Below are positions 1 through 9,394 of a DNA stretch of 56,407 nucleotides, in pieces; the first letter of the stretch is position 1, and each line of letters opens with the position of its first letter. The notes beneath the pieces were generated by a model, which saw nothing but the letters and a program-made list of their open reading frames with translations, was not told the DNA's origin and did no database searches. This stretch comes from Promethearchaeota archaeon (GTDB lineage: Archaea > Asgardarchaeota > Lokiarchaeia > Sigyniarchaeales > SOKP01), in NCBI GenBank assembly GCA_011364975.1, contig RDOE01000015.1, forward strand, positions 1-56,407. Direction: 5' to 3'. The translations under genes and the position numbers were made by a program.

Positions 1-826
1 TATATTGAATACCTTGATAAGCAATATATTTAGCGACAAATGAACTTATTAGCGTTACTACAAGAGAGATTAATAGTAGTTGTAGTAGCATTACTGCTAC
101 ATCTTCACTCATTGATATTACCATTAAATTTATTGGAAGTAAATTTACAGATACTGTACCTATAATGGCAGAAATAAAATAGAGTAAATAGCTTTTCTCT
201 AGCAATTGTGTTCGATCATCAAAATTAACTATAAAAAATGATAAGATCAAACTTGGAACAAAGAATAAGCCTTCTAATGCTAAAAAACTTAAAAAACCAA
301 ATAAATTTCCAAAGTAAACTGTTGCCTCAATAATTAATAAAATGTCTAGAAAGAAGGGTATGAATAAAAATACCAAATAGACAGAGTCTAAAATGATATA
401 AGTTTTCAACTTTCGAGGAAATTTATAATCTTTAAAGAATATCCCTGCTATAATTGTTATATTAGGGGCTAGAAACAATAGTATACCCGTTATTGGTATT
501 GATTGGCGTGCATAATAAAATATATTACTTAAAAAGACAAAGAAAAAGTTAAGAACTGATAAGAGGATTGTACTAGTATTCACATTTAATAAATGCTTAC
601 TCTGCTCTTTTTTTCTGATAACTATATACATCGAAATTGGAATAGCTCCTTGTAGCAAAAGTATTAGGATTGAGCTTAATATTGTCAAAATCATAGATCC
701 TATGATAAAATTATCCAAAATTGAAAAGAAAATTCCAACAGATACTCCAATAATAGCAAAAGCTAACGAAACTACGCTGATTAATAAAATAAACCAATTG
801 ATTTTATCCTTTGACAGTTTTTTCAT
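1..826 (-). CDS. Multi-pass membrane protein, partial (runs off the left edge); probably the N-terminal TM domain of a second TM-fused Dpp/Opp ATPase (DppF-like)
   Basis: Not in the ORF track. Read manually from ATG at 826-824 (GGAGA SD-like element upstream): MKKLSKDKINWFILLISVVSLAFAIIGVSVG..., open to the window edge (~275 codons) with ~8 hydrophobic segments. Sits directly downstream of the dppD-like gene. The DppF identity is inferred from gene order only. Confidence 0.75.
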   Translation of the reverse strand, partial: MKKLSKDKINWFILLISVVSLAFAIIGVSVGIFFSILDNFIIGSMILTILSSILILLLQGAIPISMYIVIRKKEQSKHLLNVNTSTILLSVLNFFFVFLSNIFYYARQSIPITGILLFLAPNITIIAGIFFKDYKFPRKLKTYIILDSVYLVFLFIPFFLDILLIIEATVYFGNLFGFLSFLALEGLFFVPSLILSFFIVNFDDRTQLLEKSYLLYFISAIIGTVSVNLLPINLMVISMSEDVAVMLLQLLLISLVVTLISSFVAKYIAYQGIQY

Positions 827-850
827 CTTTCTCTCCAGATCTGATTTTTT

Positions 851-2776
851 TTATTGGGAAGTCGCTACCTCGGTTTTGTTAAATTTGGGATCATACAAAT
901 GGCAAGCAACAAAATAATTTGATTCAACTTCTAAAGATTTTGGTATTTCTGATTTGCATGGTTCAAAACAATATGTACATCGAGGGTGAAATTTACAACC
1001 TGTAGGCGGATAAATAGGGTTAGGTAACATTCCCGGGATAGCTTTTAAATCTTCTTTTTTCCCCTCAATTGGTACAGCGCTTAAAAGACCCTTTGTATAA
1101 GGGTGATAGGTTTTTTTAAATATTGTCTTAATTGCTCCATATTCTACTATTGAGCCACAATACATTACTGCAACTCTGTCACACATTTTTGAAATAACCG
1201 ATAAGTCATGAGTAATGAAGAGGATGGATGTATTGTAATCCTTTTGCAAATCCTTCATGAGTTTTAATATTTGATTTTGTACTGTAACATCTAAAGCAGT
1301 TGTAGGTTCATCTGCTATTAATAAAACTGGGCTACAAGCAATAGCCATAGCGATTTGAATTCTTTGTCTCATCCCACCACTTAATTCATGCGGATATCTA
1401 TCGATAATTTTTTCTGGAGAGGGTATATTCATATCTTTTAATATTTGCATCGTTCGTTCTCTTAGAATATCGTATAATCCTTTATTCTTCCCTTTAGAAG
1501 CTTCAATCATAAGTTCTTCTTCTTTATGCAATAAAAGTACTTCAGCTATCTGTTTCCCTACAGTAAATACAGGGTTAAGCGAATTAACCGGATCTTGAAA
1601 TATCATAGTTATTTTATCTCCTCTATACGAAAGAATTTCTTTACTAGTTTTTTTGAGTAAATCTTCATTTAAGAAATCAATACGTCCATTTATTATTTCA
1701 CCAGGGGGTTGGATCAATTGAAGAATTGATAACGCAGAAACAGATTTACCGCATCCTGTTTCACCCACGAAACCTAATACTTCTCCTTTATAGACCTTGA
1801 ATGAGATCCCCTCTACCGCATAAACAACACCCTCTTCCGTAAAAAATCTTGTTGTAAGATCACTTACATCTAAAATTACTTCCTGCTTTTTTACTTTCTC
1901 TTCTTTTAATTCTTCTTTCTCAATATATTCCCGTATTAACTTGTTTTCTTCTTCTAGAAATTTTGGTAAGAATATATATCGAATAGAAACGAAAAAGCTT
2001 ACAAAATATGTAGCAGAAACAGTAGTAAATAAAATGCGAATATCTTGTTCATATAAATTAATTCCAAAATATCTTGAGAGATATAATTCAACAATAATAA
2101 GTTGAATTGACCAAATCCCGAAAGCGATAACAGAGCTAACGATCGTAGCTTTTCTTATTACTATTTTCGGAGGTACTTTCTTCGTGGGAAGAGATGCAAT
2201 AATAATTTTTGATATTACAAGATTTAAAAGAACGAATACTGCAGCCCATTCAAATCCAAGTAAAAATGGATCATAGTTCGGATTTTGAGGATCTGCCGGA
2301 ATTAAGTCGTATATTGGGATATTTAATAAATCAATTGAAAGGAATAAGGAGAAAGTAATCCATGATACTATTATTACAAATAATGATCGTATTAAGTAGA
2401 TTTTTTTCGATTTGCGTAATTTCAGAACTAAATTCTCCTTATCAAATTTTTTAAGAAAAATAAGATACAATGGAAAAAATAACGTTGACATAATACCTAA
2501 AGAAAAATAGAGAGTATCAAGGGCTCTAATTTCAATTAAGAAATAACCAATAAAACCAATTATATATCTTGAAAATATAGCTGCTCCTAAAGTAATTAAA
2601 AGGCTAATATTTGCACTTCTATTATTAATTCGTTTTGCTTTTTGCCTTTTTTCATCCAATAATTCTGTCATAATTGTTTTATGGGCAAAATAAAAGAATA
2701 CAGACAAAAAGATGACTTCTATTAGTGTTAATACATAATTGATGTAATATTGACCGTCAATAACAATAAATATCAT
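851..2776 (-). CDS. dppD: Oligopeptide/dipeptide ABC transporter ATPase (DppD/OppD type) with ~7 N-terminal TM helices
   Basis: Walker A GETGCGKS, signature LSGGMRQR, Walker B LLIADEPTTALD, H-loop ITHD, C-terminal oligoHPY/Cys motif (HPYT..GCKFHPRC..C..VACH). The first ~270 aa are hydrophobic. Confidence 0.92.
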   Translation of the reverse strand: MIFIVIDGQYYINYVLTLIEVIFLSVFFYFAHKTIMTELLDEKRQKAKRINNRSANISLLITLGAAIFSRYIIGFIGYFLIEIRALDTLYFSLGIMSTLFFPLYLIFLKKFDKENLVLKLRKSKKIYLIRSLFVIIVSWITFSLFLSIDLLNIPIYDLIPADPQNPNYDPFLLGFEWAAVFVLLNLVISKIIIASLPTKKVPPKIVIRKATIVSSVIAFGIWSIQLIIVELYLSRYFGINLYEQDIRILFTTVSATYFVSFFVSIRYIFLPKFLEEENKLIREYIEKEELKEEKVKKQEVILDVSDLTTRFFTEEGVVYAVEGISFKVYKGEVLGFVGETGCGKSVSALSILQLIQPPGEIINGRIDFLNEDLLKKTSKEILSYRGDKITMIFQDPVNSLNPVFTVGKQIAEVLLLHKEEELMIEASKGKNKGLYDILRERTMQILKDMNIPSPEKIIDRYPHELSGGMRQRIQIAMAIACSPVLLIADEPTTALDVTVQNQILKLMKDLQKDYNTSILFITHDLSVISKMCDRVAVMYCGSIVEYGAIKTIFKKTYHPYTKGLLSAVPIEGKKEDLKAIPGMLPNPIYPPTGCKFHPRCTYCFEPCKSEIPKSLEVESNYFVACHLYDPKFNKTEVATSQ

Positions 2777-2791
2777 TCTATTTCACTTCCA

Positions 2792-3811
2792 CTACACTCG
2801 TTTCATCGTTATCTTTAATCTGGGATCCAAAGCGTCTCTTAGACCATCCCCAAGGAGCATAAATCCTAATACTGCAAGTAATATAAAAATCCCAGGAAAT
2901 AGGGTTGTATGTATCATTGAGAGATGTCCTCTACCATAATTCAAATCAGTTCCCCAGTCTGGGATACCTTCATCTCCAAAACCTAAAAAGGCTATACCCG
3001 CAAATCCTAAAATTGCTGCACCCACCCCTCCAAAAAATCTAATAATAATGGGTGAAATAGCATTTGAAAATATATGCTTAAACATAATCTTAAAATTTTT
3101 GGCGCCACTTGTTTTAGCAGCTTCAATATAGAGTTGTTCTTTCGTTTCTAATACCGACGCGCGCATCAATCGGGAATAGCTCGGGATTGCAAACATGCCA
3201 AAAATTGTTAATATCGTTGTTAAATTTCTACTTACCATTTCTGTAAATATTATTACTATTACTAAAGTTGGAAAAGCTAATGTGAAGTCAACGATGCGCA
3301 TTATAATTGTATCTACTTTGCCACCATAATATCCCGAAATAGTTCCTACAGCGATACCTCCTAAAGTGGCAATGATAATTGTTAAAATTCCAAACGTTAC
3401 TGCTGTTCTAGAACCCCAAATAATTCTCGAAAAGAGATCATAAGCATATGCTGTTGTTCCCCATGGATGTAAAGGGGACGGAAGAGTATAAGGGTCACCA
3501 AAATCTATTGCGCGTGATACATCTGTAACAGTTTCTAATGTATAAAGAGCGATCCAAGGTGCATATACTGCCAAGAAAACGATATAAAAGATTAAACCAA
3601 TTCCAATAAGAGTTAGTGGTTTAATTAATCTTCTAAAAAACTTTCGTTTTGATTTTGTTTTCTCAATTTCATACTCTTGCTGAGAAAATTTTTCATCACG
3701 CCAACCAGGTATTAGCAAAAATTTAAGATATCTAATTATATTTTGTTTACTAAAATCAAGCGAATATCCTTTTTTATTAAATCTTAATTCTGAAATGTTT
3801 GAATCTTCCAT
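2792..3811 (-). CDS. dppC: Peptide ABC transporter permease (DppC/OppC)
   Basis: HPWGT..DLFSRIIWGSR, EAA loop (YIEAAKTSGA), GDGLRDALDPR C-terminus. Confidence 0.93.
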   Translation of the reverse strand: MEDSNISELRFNKKGYSLDFSKQNIIRYLKFLLIPGWRDEKFSQQEYEIEKTKSKRKFFRRLIKPLTLIGIGLIFYIVFLAVYAPWIALYTLETVTDVSRAIDFGDPYTLPSPLHPWGTTAYAYDLFSRIIWGSRTAVTFGILTIIIATLGGIAVGTISGYYGGKVDTIIMRIVDFTLAFPTLVIVIIFTEMVSRNLTTILTIFGMFAIPSYSRLMRASVLETKEQLYIEAAKTSGAKNFKIMFKHIFSNAISPIIIRFFGGVGAAILGFAGIAFLGFGDEGIPDWGTDLNYGRGHLSMIHTTLFPGIFILLAVLGFMLLGDGLRDALDPRLKITMKRV

Positions 3812-3838
3812 TTAGCTCAACTAATTGTTTTTAATTAT

Positions 3839-4909
3839 TTATGTATATACAATTCTTGGGTCGATCAGTGTATACAACACATCAGCGACTAATGTTCCTG
3901 AAATGATTATGATACTATCTATAACAATTATTCCGGTAATTACGACATAGTCACCGCCTTGTATAGCAGCAAATAAATACCATCCCATTCCTTTATAATT
4001 AAATATGATTTCGAGGAATAAAGATCCAATCAGAAGTGATGCTACAAGACCAACGATCTCATTACTTGTAGGAATTAATGCATTGCGTAAAGCGTGCTTA
4101 TTAATTACATCTTTTTCGGCAACGCCTTTAGCTCTCGCTGTTCTTACATAATCTTTTCTCATAACATCTAGCATACTCGCTCTTGTTTGACGCGTAATAC
4201 CTGCCAATGAAACCACAATTGAAGCAACCGAAGGTAAGAAAAGATGCAGTAAGGTATCATGCAGCAGAGCTTGATCATTAAATAAGAATGCATCAATTAA
4301 GCGAAATCCCGTTAACCTATTATCATAATCAATGGTAATTGAATTGCCAGACTGCGTTTCAAAATTAATAACTCCATAAGTGTACACATTTAAAATATGA
4401 CTTACAAAATATTGGATTAACGTTGCTAAAAAAAATATAGGTATGCAAACCCCTAACATTATAACTCCTCGAATGATATTATCTTGCCATTTGTTTCTAT
4501 GTTTAGCAGAATTAATCCCTAGTTTAACAGAAAGAAAGGGAATTATGATTATAGGGATTATAACTAATTCAATAGTTTTTGGAAAGATTATGGTTATTAA
4601 AGTAGTGACCGGTACTCCATCAGCAACAATATATGAAGTCCCCCAATTACCTTGAAAGAAATTAGTAATGTAAATTACAAATTGCTCATATAACGGTTTG
4701 TCTGCTCCTACCCTATCTCGTTCTTGTAAATATACTTCATATGGCACCCTTGGATCAGAACTCATTTTATTAAGGACCGGATTTACCTCCATTAAATGTG
4801 TTAAAAAAAATGTAGCCACTAACACAAAGAAAACCATAACAACCATTATGATTAATCTTTTAACAATATACATCAACATATTTTTACTTTTTACCATTTT
4901 AATTAACAC
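3839..4909 (-). CDS. dppB: Peptide ABC transporter permease (DppB/OppB); true start may be ATG at 4897
   Basis: YIVKRL, GNWGTS, TRASMLDVMRKDYVRTARAKG, HALRNALIP, DVLYTLIDPRI. An AGGTG SD-like element precedes ATG 4897. Confidence 0.93.
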   Translation of the reverse strand: MLIKMVKSKNMLMYIVKRLIIMVVMVFFVLVATFFLTHLMEVNPVLNKMSSDPRVPYEVYLQERDRVGADKPLYEQFVIYITNFFQGNWGTSYIVADGVPVTTLITIIFPKTIELVIIPIIIIPFLSVKLGINSAKHRNKWQDNIIRGVIMLGVCIPIFFLATLIQYFVSHILNVYTYGVINFETQSGNSITIDYDNRLTGFRLIDAFLFNDQALLHDTLLHLFLPSVASIVVSLAGITRQTRASMLDVMRKDYVRTARAKGVAEKDVINKHALRNALIPTSNEIVGLVASLLIGSLFLEIIFNYKGMGWYLFAAIQGGDYVVITGIIVIDSIIIISGTLVADVLYTLIDPRIVYT

Positions 4910-5376
4910 CTAACAAGTTTCAAGAACAATTTAATTTTCTAATTTTTATTCCTATAAATTATTATATTATTTAACCTTCATCACTATTTTAAATTTATTA
5001 CTAAAATTAAAGATACTTAGCCTTAAACTAAGGACTACATGCTCTTAAAGTTTATTCAACATTCATTAACATTAACTTAGACGTAATAGATTCAGTTAAT
5101 ACTTTCTAGTTTATTATGAAATCTCGATATTATATAAAATTTATTACATCATTTCATAATTTTCCAATTATCTCTTCAATATCTACTTAAATATAAGATG
5201 CTATTCCTTAAGTGGACAATATGAATTTATACGAACCAGTCTTTTATGATGATTTACTCTTACGAAATCATAGATAGTATATATTAACTTGAGATAAATT
5301 GATTAAAATATATTCTATAGGTCCTATTTCTCATCATATCTCTACAATACTCAACTTTTTTCTAATTCTTAACAAC

Positions 5377-5404
5377 TAAGTGGACACATGACAAAGCTTA
5401 TATA
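5377..5404 (+). promoter_or_regulatory. Putative SBP promoter (AAAGCTTATATA BRE/TATA-like) preceded by TAAGTGGACA, which recurs at 5209-5218
   Basis: 10-bp exact direct repeat in the divergent intergenic region; TATA-like box ~70 nt upstream of the ATG. Confidence 0.4.
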
Positions 5405-5472
5405 CTTGTCTAAATAATTTAAAAAATAAGATATATCTAATCAAAAAAAAAAAAATAAATAGAGAAAAAAAC

Positions 5473-7944
5473 ATGAAAGTTAAACTAATTTGTATAATTG
5501 GAGTAATCCTTTTCATGAGTACTCCATTTTTAGGTTTTGTTTCTTTTGCGAAAGCACAAACAACTGAAAATAGTTTGATTTATGGCGCAATTAATGCTGT
5601 TCCAAAATCTTGGGATCCCGCAACCAGTCAAGCTGATTTAATGGGTTATATCAAAGGTCATGCCATAGAAGCTTTAGGCTGGCAAGATACAAAGGGAGAT
5701 TATCATCCGTTGCTAGCTGAAAGTTGGACAATACATCCAAGACCTGATGGTGTATCTGCCGCGGGAACTAATCAAGGAGGGGTTGCAGCTATAGAGTTCA
5801 AATTACGAGAGAATGTAGTTTTTCATGATGGTTCTGAATTTAATGCTTCTGTTGCGGCATGGAATATCAATAGAGTAATACAAATTTCTGGCTATGAAAA
5901 TTATCAATGGAATAACATCCATTGGATGAATCCCGCATCTTATAAAAATAGATTTATTCCCACATGGGATTTATCTTGGGCTATAAATGACCCTGAAGTC
6001 TCATTCATAGACACAGCCAATTGGGCCGCTATTCCTGATGGAAGCTATATTAATTATACCTCGAAAACTGCTTCAGGTTTTAACAACTATTATATCTGGT
6101 TTGATTTAACCGGAGATAATTCGACCTCAAACCCTGCACCTGCTGGTAAATTGCCGATTTATTGTAATATTTCCGCATCGGTTTCCCAGGAAAATGTTTC
6201 TAAAGTATTAGGTACCGCCATCAACGCCATTACAGGAATTTCAGCCTCGTATACAACTGATAACGTTACAATTACAAATGCACTTGATGGAGATGTTACT
6301 GATATTGTAGACTATGATTCTGGTCTTACTGTAAGTACTGTCTCACAGGGTATCATGCGTAATCCTTTCAACACCATAAATCCTGAGTATATTCCAGCAA
6401 TTAATTCAACAATTGTTGTAAGTAAATATGTTCTTAATGTTACTATGAATAGATGGTATACTGATTTGGGTCAATTTGGATGGTATGGAATGATCTCCCA
6501 AGAAGCGTATGGTCCGTGGTTTAATAAATCGATACCAGGTTATGAGGCAGTTCCCAATGCTTACGATGGAACTCCTTTTCCAGGGCATATGATAGGGACA
6601 GGTCCATATAAATTTGAATCTGTTGATTTTGTCGGCGACGCTAAGGCACACTCAACTAAATTTGAGAATTATTGGAATGCAACTGCGTTAGAAGCAGAGG
6701 GCCTATTTTCTGTAACAGACCTTTATGGTAGATTTTATGCAGATGCAACAGCACGAGGAAACGCATTGTTAGCCACTGATATTGACTTAGTTAACTCCAT
6801 GCTCCAAGATCCAGCTCCAATTGCTGATGTCAAGGCCTCTCCTTATTTAAATTACATTGCTACAGTTCCCGATGCGAGTGTGAATGTTGTAAGTATGCTA
6901 AGTGCAGAAGCAATCAACAAACCACTTGCGAGCCTCGGAGGAGTATCGATAAGAGAATGGTTTCCAACCAGTAGTTTTTGTACAAGTACCTTGGGCTTAC
7001 CTTCAGGAACCCAATACCCCGAAGGAATAAATAAAACTGTTCGACAAGCTCTTTCTTATGCATATGATACTGCTGGTTTTGTATCGGCTATTTACCCTGA
7101 GACTAGTGGCGGAGGTATATACTGCTGGAGTCCTTGGGGTATGAGCAGTCCATTTACCGATGAAGGCGGTGTATCCCATCCAGGACCTGATCCTGATCTT
7201 ACAACCGCAAGAACAATTCTCCTCAGTGATCCATATTATAATGGGCTAGCTACAGCGAGAGGATTGTCTTTAGCTAACACAACTGCTGATTGGGTTGATG
7301 TTGCTAGAACTAATCCCATGAAAACCTTCAAATTCTTAAACTATCCTGGCTCAACAACGACGGGATTTTTAGAAGAAGCTTGTGAGGTTCTTGGTTTTGC
7401 ATTGGATGTTCATGAAGATGCTGCTGTATCTGGTGAATTATGGACTCAGTTTGTTGCTACAGGCAGAGCTTCTATGTATGATATGTTTCCATATGTTTAT
7501 CTCATGAATCCTTTGAATCCAGCCCAATATGGTATCTATTGGTATTCAACCGGCGCTGCTAAGCCACCGGGTTGGGGATATAACTATGCTCATTTAATGA
7601 ATTCCACTGTGGATGCTATTTTTGCGAATGTAGAGTTCTTAACAGATAAACAAGCTTCATATGATGAGGTAGCTGACATCTTGATAAATAAAGAGGCTCA
7701 TTCTCTATATATGAGCCAAGGAACTATGGGAATGGTTCTTAATGCTGGATTTACTTATGCATCATGGGCGAAAGAGGTCGGTGGTCCCGCAGGTCCAGGA
7801 ATAGCCATACAGGGAATTGGAGGTTCAAGAAGTAGAGCTTCTACTTTACCTGCTATTCCAGGATTTCCTATGGCATTTATGTTATTTGGTATGCTCATCT
7901 CTGTCTTAGGAACAATTTACGTCATTAAACGCAAAAGAAAATAG
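5473..7944 (+). CDS. Family 5 (peptide/nickel) ABC substrate-binding protein with an inserted domain and a C-terminal IPGF-TM-basic (PGF/Loki-CTERM-like) anchor
   Basis: Signal peptide, WDPA, PLLAESW, FKLRENVVFHDGSEFNA, GTGPYKF, VRQALSYAYD; ends IPGFPMAFMLFGMLISVLGTIYVIKRKRK; divergent from dppBCD. Confidence 0.9.
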   Translation: MKVKLICIIGVILFMSTPFLGFVSFAKAQTTENSLIYGAINAVPKSWDPATSQADLMGYIKGHAIEALGWQDTKGDYHPLLAESWTIHPRPDGVSAAGTNQGGVAAIEFKLRENVVFHDGSEFNASVAAWNINRVIQISGYENYQWNNIHWMNPASYKNRFIPTWDLSWAINDPEVSFIDTANWAAIPDGSYINYTSKTASGFNNYYIWFDLTGDNSTSNPAPAGKLPIYCNISASVSQENVSKVLGTAINAITGISASYTTDNVTITNALDGDVTDIVDYDSGLTVSTVSQGIMRNPFNTINPEYIPAINSTIVVSKYVLNVTMNRWYTDLGQFGWYGMISQEAYGPWFNKSIPGYEAVPNAYDGTPFPGHMIGTGPYKFESVDFVGDAKAHSTKFENYWNATALEAEGLFSVTDLYGRFYADATARGNALLATDIDLVNSMLQDPAPIADVKASPYLNYIATVPDASVNVVSMLSAEAINKPLASLGGVSIREWFPTSSFCTSTLGLPSGTQYPEGINKTVRQALSYAYDTAGFVSAIYPETSGGGIYCWSPWGMSSPFTDEGGVSHPGPDPDLTTARTILLSDPYYNGLATARGLSLANTTADWVDVARTNPMKTFKFLNYPGSTTTGFLEEACEVLGFALDVHEDAAVSGELWTQFVATGRASMYDMFPYVYLMNPLNPAQYGIYWYSTGAAKPPGWGYNYAHLMNSTVDAIFANVEFLTDKQASYDEVADILINKEAHSLYMSQGTMGMVLNAGFTYASWAKEVGGPAGPGIAIQGIGGSRSRASTLPAIPGFPMAFMLFGMLISVLGTIYVIKRKRK

Positions 7945-7965
7945 ACAAAATAAAATTTTAATTTC

Positions 7966-7976
7966 TTTTTTTTTTT
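7966..7976 (+). terminator. Archaeal-type oligo-T terminator
   Basis: 11 consecutive T about 20 nt after the SBP stop codon. Confidence 0.5.
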
Positions 7977-8120
7977 AATTTTAGCGTGAATAATAATTCA
8001 AACATATTTGGAACTCAGAAAATAAAATACATGCGATTTAAAAGATGCTCGACTTACAATCTAAAAAATATACAAAGCGAAAAAACTATGGAAAACAAAC
8101 AGATAGAAACGATTAACTAA

Positions 8121-8630
8121 CTAATGTACACTTTCTTTTCTTAACATAACAAATTTTTTCGTAAACATCCCTAAAAAAGAGCCAACTATTACCATTAAAA
8201 ATAATAGTATTACGTTTACATAACCTTCAAAATACAAAAACTGTAATGAAAAAGGTTCTAAAGAGATCCCAAACATTAACCAATAAAATAGAAACCCTTC
8301 AGTTATTATAATTGGAACTAACCATAATGACGCTTTGATACCATACGCAGGAATCTCCTCTTTAAATGTTAGTGCAAAACTTACAATAAAAAGCAAAAGA
8401 AAGGGCAAGAAAAAATTTTTCGAAGCGGATAAATAGGGCCAAATTAATAAAGTCCGATCCATGTCAACAAAGGGAATCCATTCGCCATATCGATCTGTCA
8501 TTATTGTATTAGCAATTATCCCGTAAAACCCTAAAATAATAACAGCATAGGCTAAAAATACGCCTCCCTGCCGTCCAAAATCAATATGGATTCTTTTTTT
8601 CCTCTTTTCTTTAAATACAACTTCTGTCAT
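8121..8630 (-). CDS. Hypothetical membrane protein (~4 TM)
   Basis: 169-aa ORF with hydrophobic segments and basic termini; no recognised family. Confidence 0.75.
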   Translation of the reverse strand: MTEVVFKEKRKKRIHIDFGRQGGVFLAYAVIILGFYGIIANTIMTDRYGEWIPFVDMDRTLLIWPYLSASKNFFLPFLLLFIVSFALTFKEEIPAYGIKASLWLVPIIITEGFLFYWLMFGISLEPFSLQFLYFEGYVNVILLFLMVIVGSFLGMFTKKFVMLRKESVH

Positions 8631-8709
8631 GTTAAACGTGAAAAATCCTTCTATTATTCGTATTACCTAATATTTTTATGTTTTAATATTTGTTCTTTTT
8701 AATTTAAAA

Positions 8710-9387
8710 CTACTTATCAGTTAAAATGTGTTTTAATACTTGCATCGTAGATTCTTTAAATTGATCAAACGTTACATCCACTTGGCTTAATTGAAGAGTT
8801 TCCCATACCCTACTTGGTGGACCATGCTCCTTCGTCCTATTCATTTGAATATACGCTACGCCCATTACTATACTATACGTTAATAGCGATAATAAGGGCG
8901 CTGTATCTTTTTTTATTTCTCCTTCATCTATCGCTTCTTGAATAAGCTTGGTGGTGCCGTCTAATAATCTATATTCTCTATATTTAGCTTCAATTGGACC
9001 AGTTCTACTTGAAGGGGGTGCTTCGATAACATTAAACATCATTTTATATTTATCATAATCCCTATCTGCAAAATCTAAGAAATGCTCGTAGAGTTTAATA
9101 ATTAAGTCACATTTCGACCCTTTATGATTTTTTATGATCTCAAGATTTTCCTCTTTAAATTGGTTATAAAACTTATTACGAATCGCAATCCACAATTCCC
9201 TCTTGCTTTCTATATAATTATATAAGTTATTCTTCGTCATACCAAGGATTTCCGCTAAATTTCGCATGCTAAAGCCTTCTGTTCCTTTCTTTAAAAATAG
9301 TTGTTTACCCGCTTCTAAAATCATCTCAAATTTTTCATCCTTTTTATCTTCAGAACGAGCTCTTGTTTGCTTTAATTTGGGAGCCAT
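8710..9387 (-). CDS. TetR/AcrR family transcriptional regulator
   Basis: N-terminal HTH ILEAGKQLFLKKGTEGFSMRNLAEILGMTKNNLYNYIESKREL; starts 7 nt downstream of the acyl-CoA ligase gene. Confidence 0.93.
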   Translation of the reverse strand: MAPKLKQTRARSEDKKDEKFEMILEAGKQLFLKKGTEGFSMRNLAEILGMTKNNLYNYIESKRELWIAIRNKFYNQFKEENLEIIKNHKGSKCDLIIKLYEHFLDFADRDYDKYKMMFNVIEAPPSSRTGPIEAKYREYRLLDGTTKLIQEAIDEGEIKKDTAPLLSLLTYSIVMGVAYIQMNRTKEHGPPSRVWETLQLSQVDVTFDQFKESTMQVLKHILTDK

Positions 9388-9394
9388 TATTATA

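Noticed and set aside
5443-5456. Long homopolymer tracts (A-run before the SBP and similar runs) as phase-variation sites
   Set aside because: They are intergenic and common in AT-rich archaeal DNA; none interrupts a reading frame.
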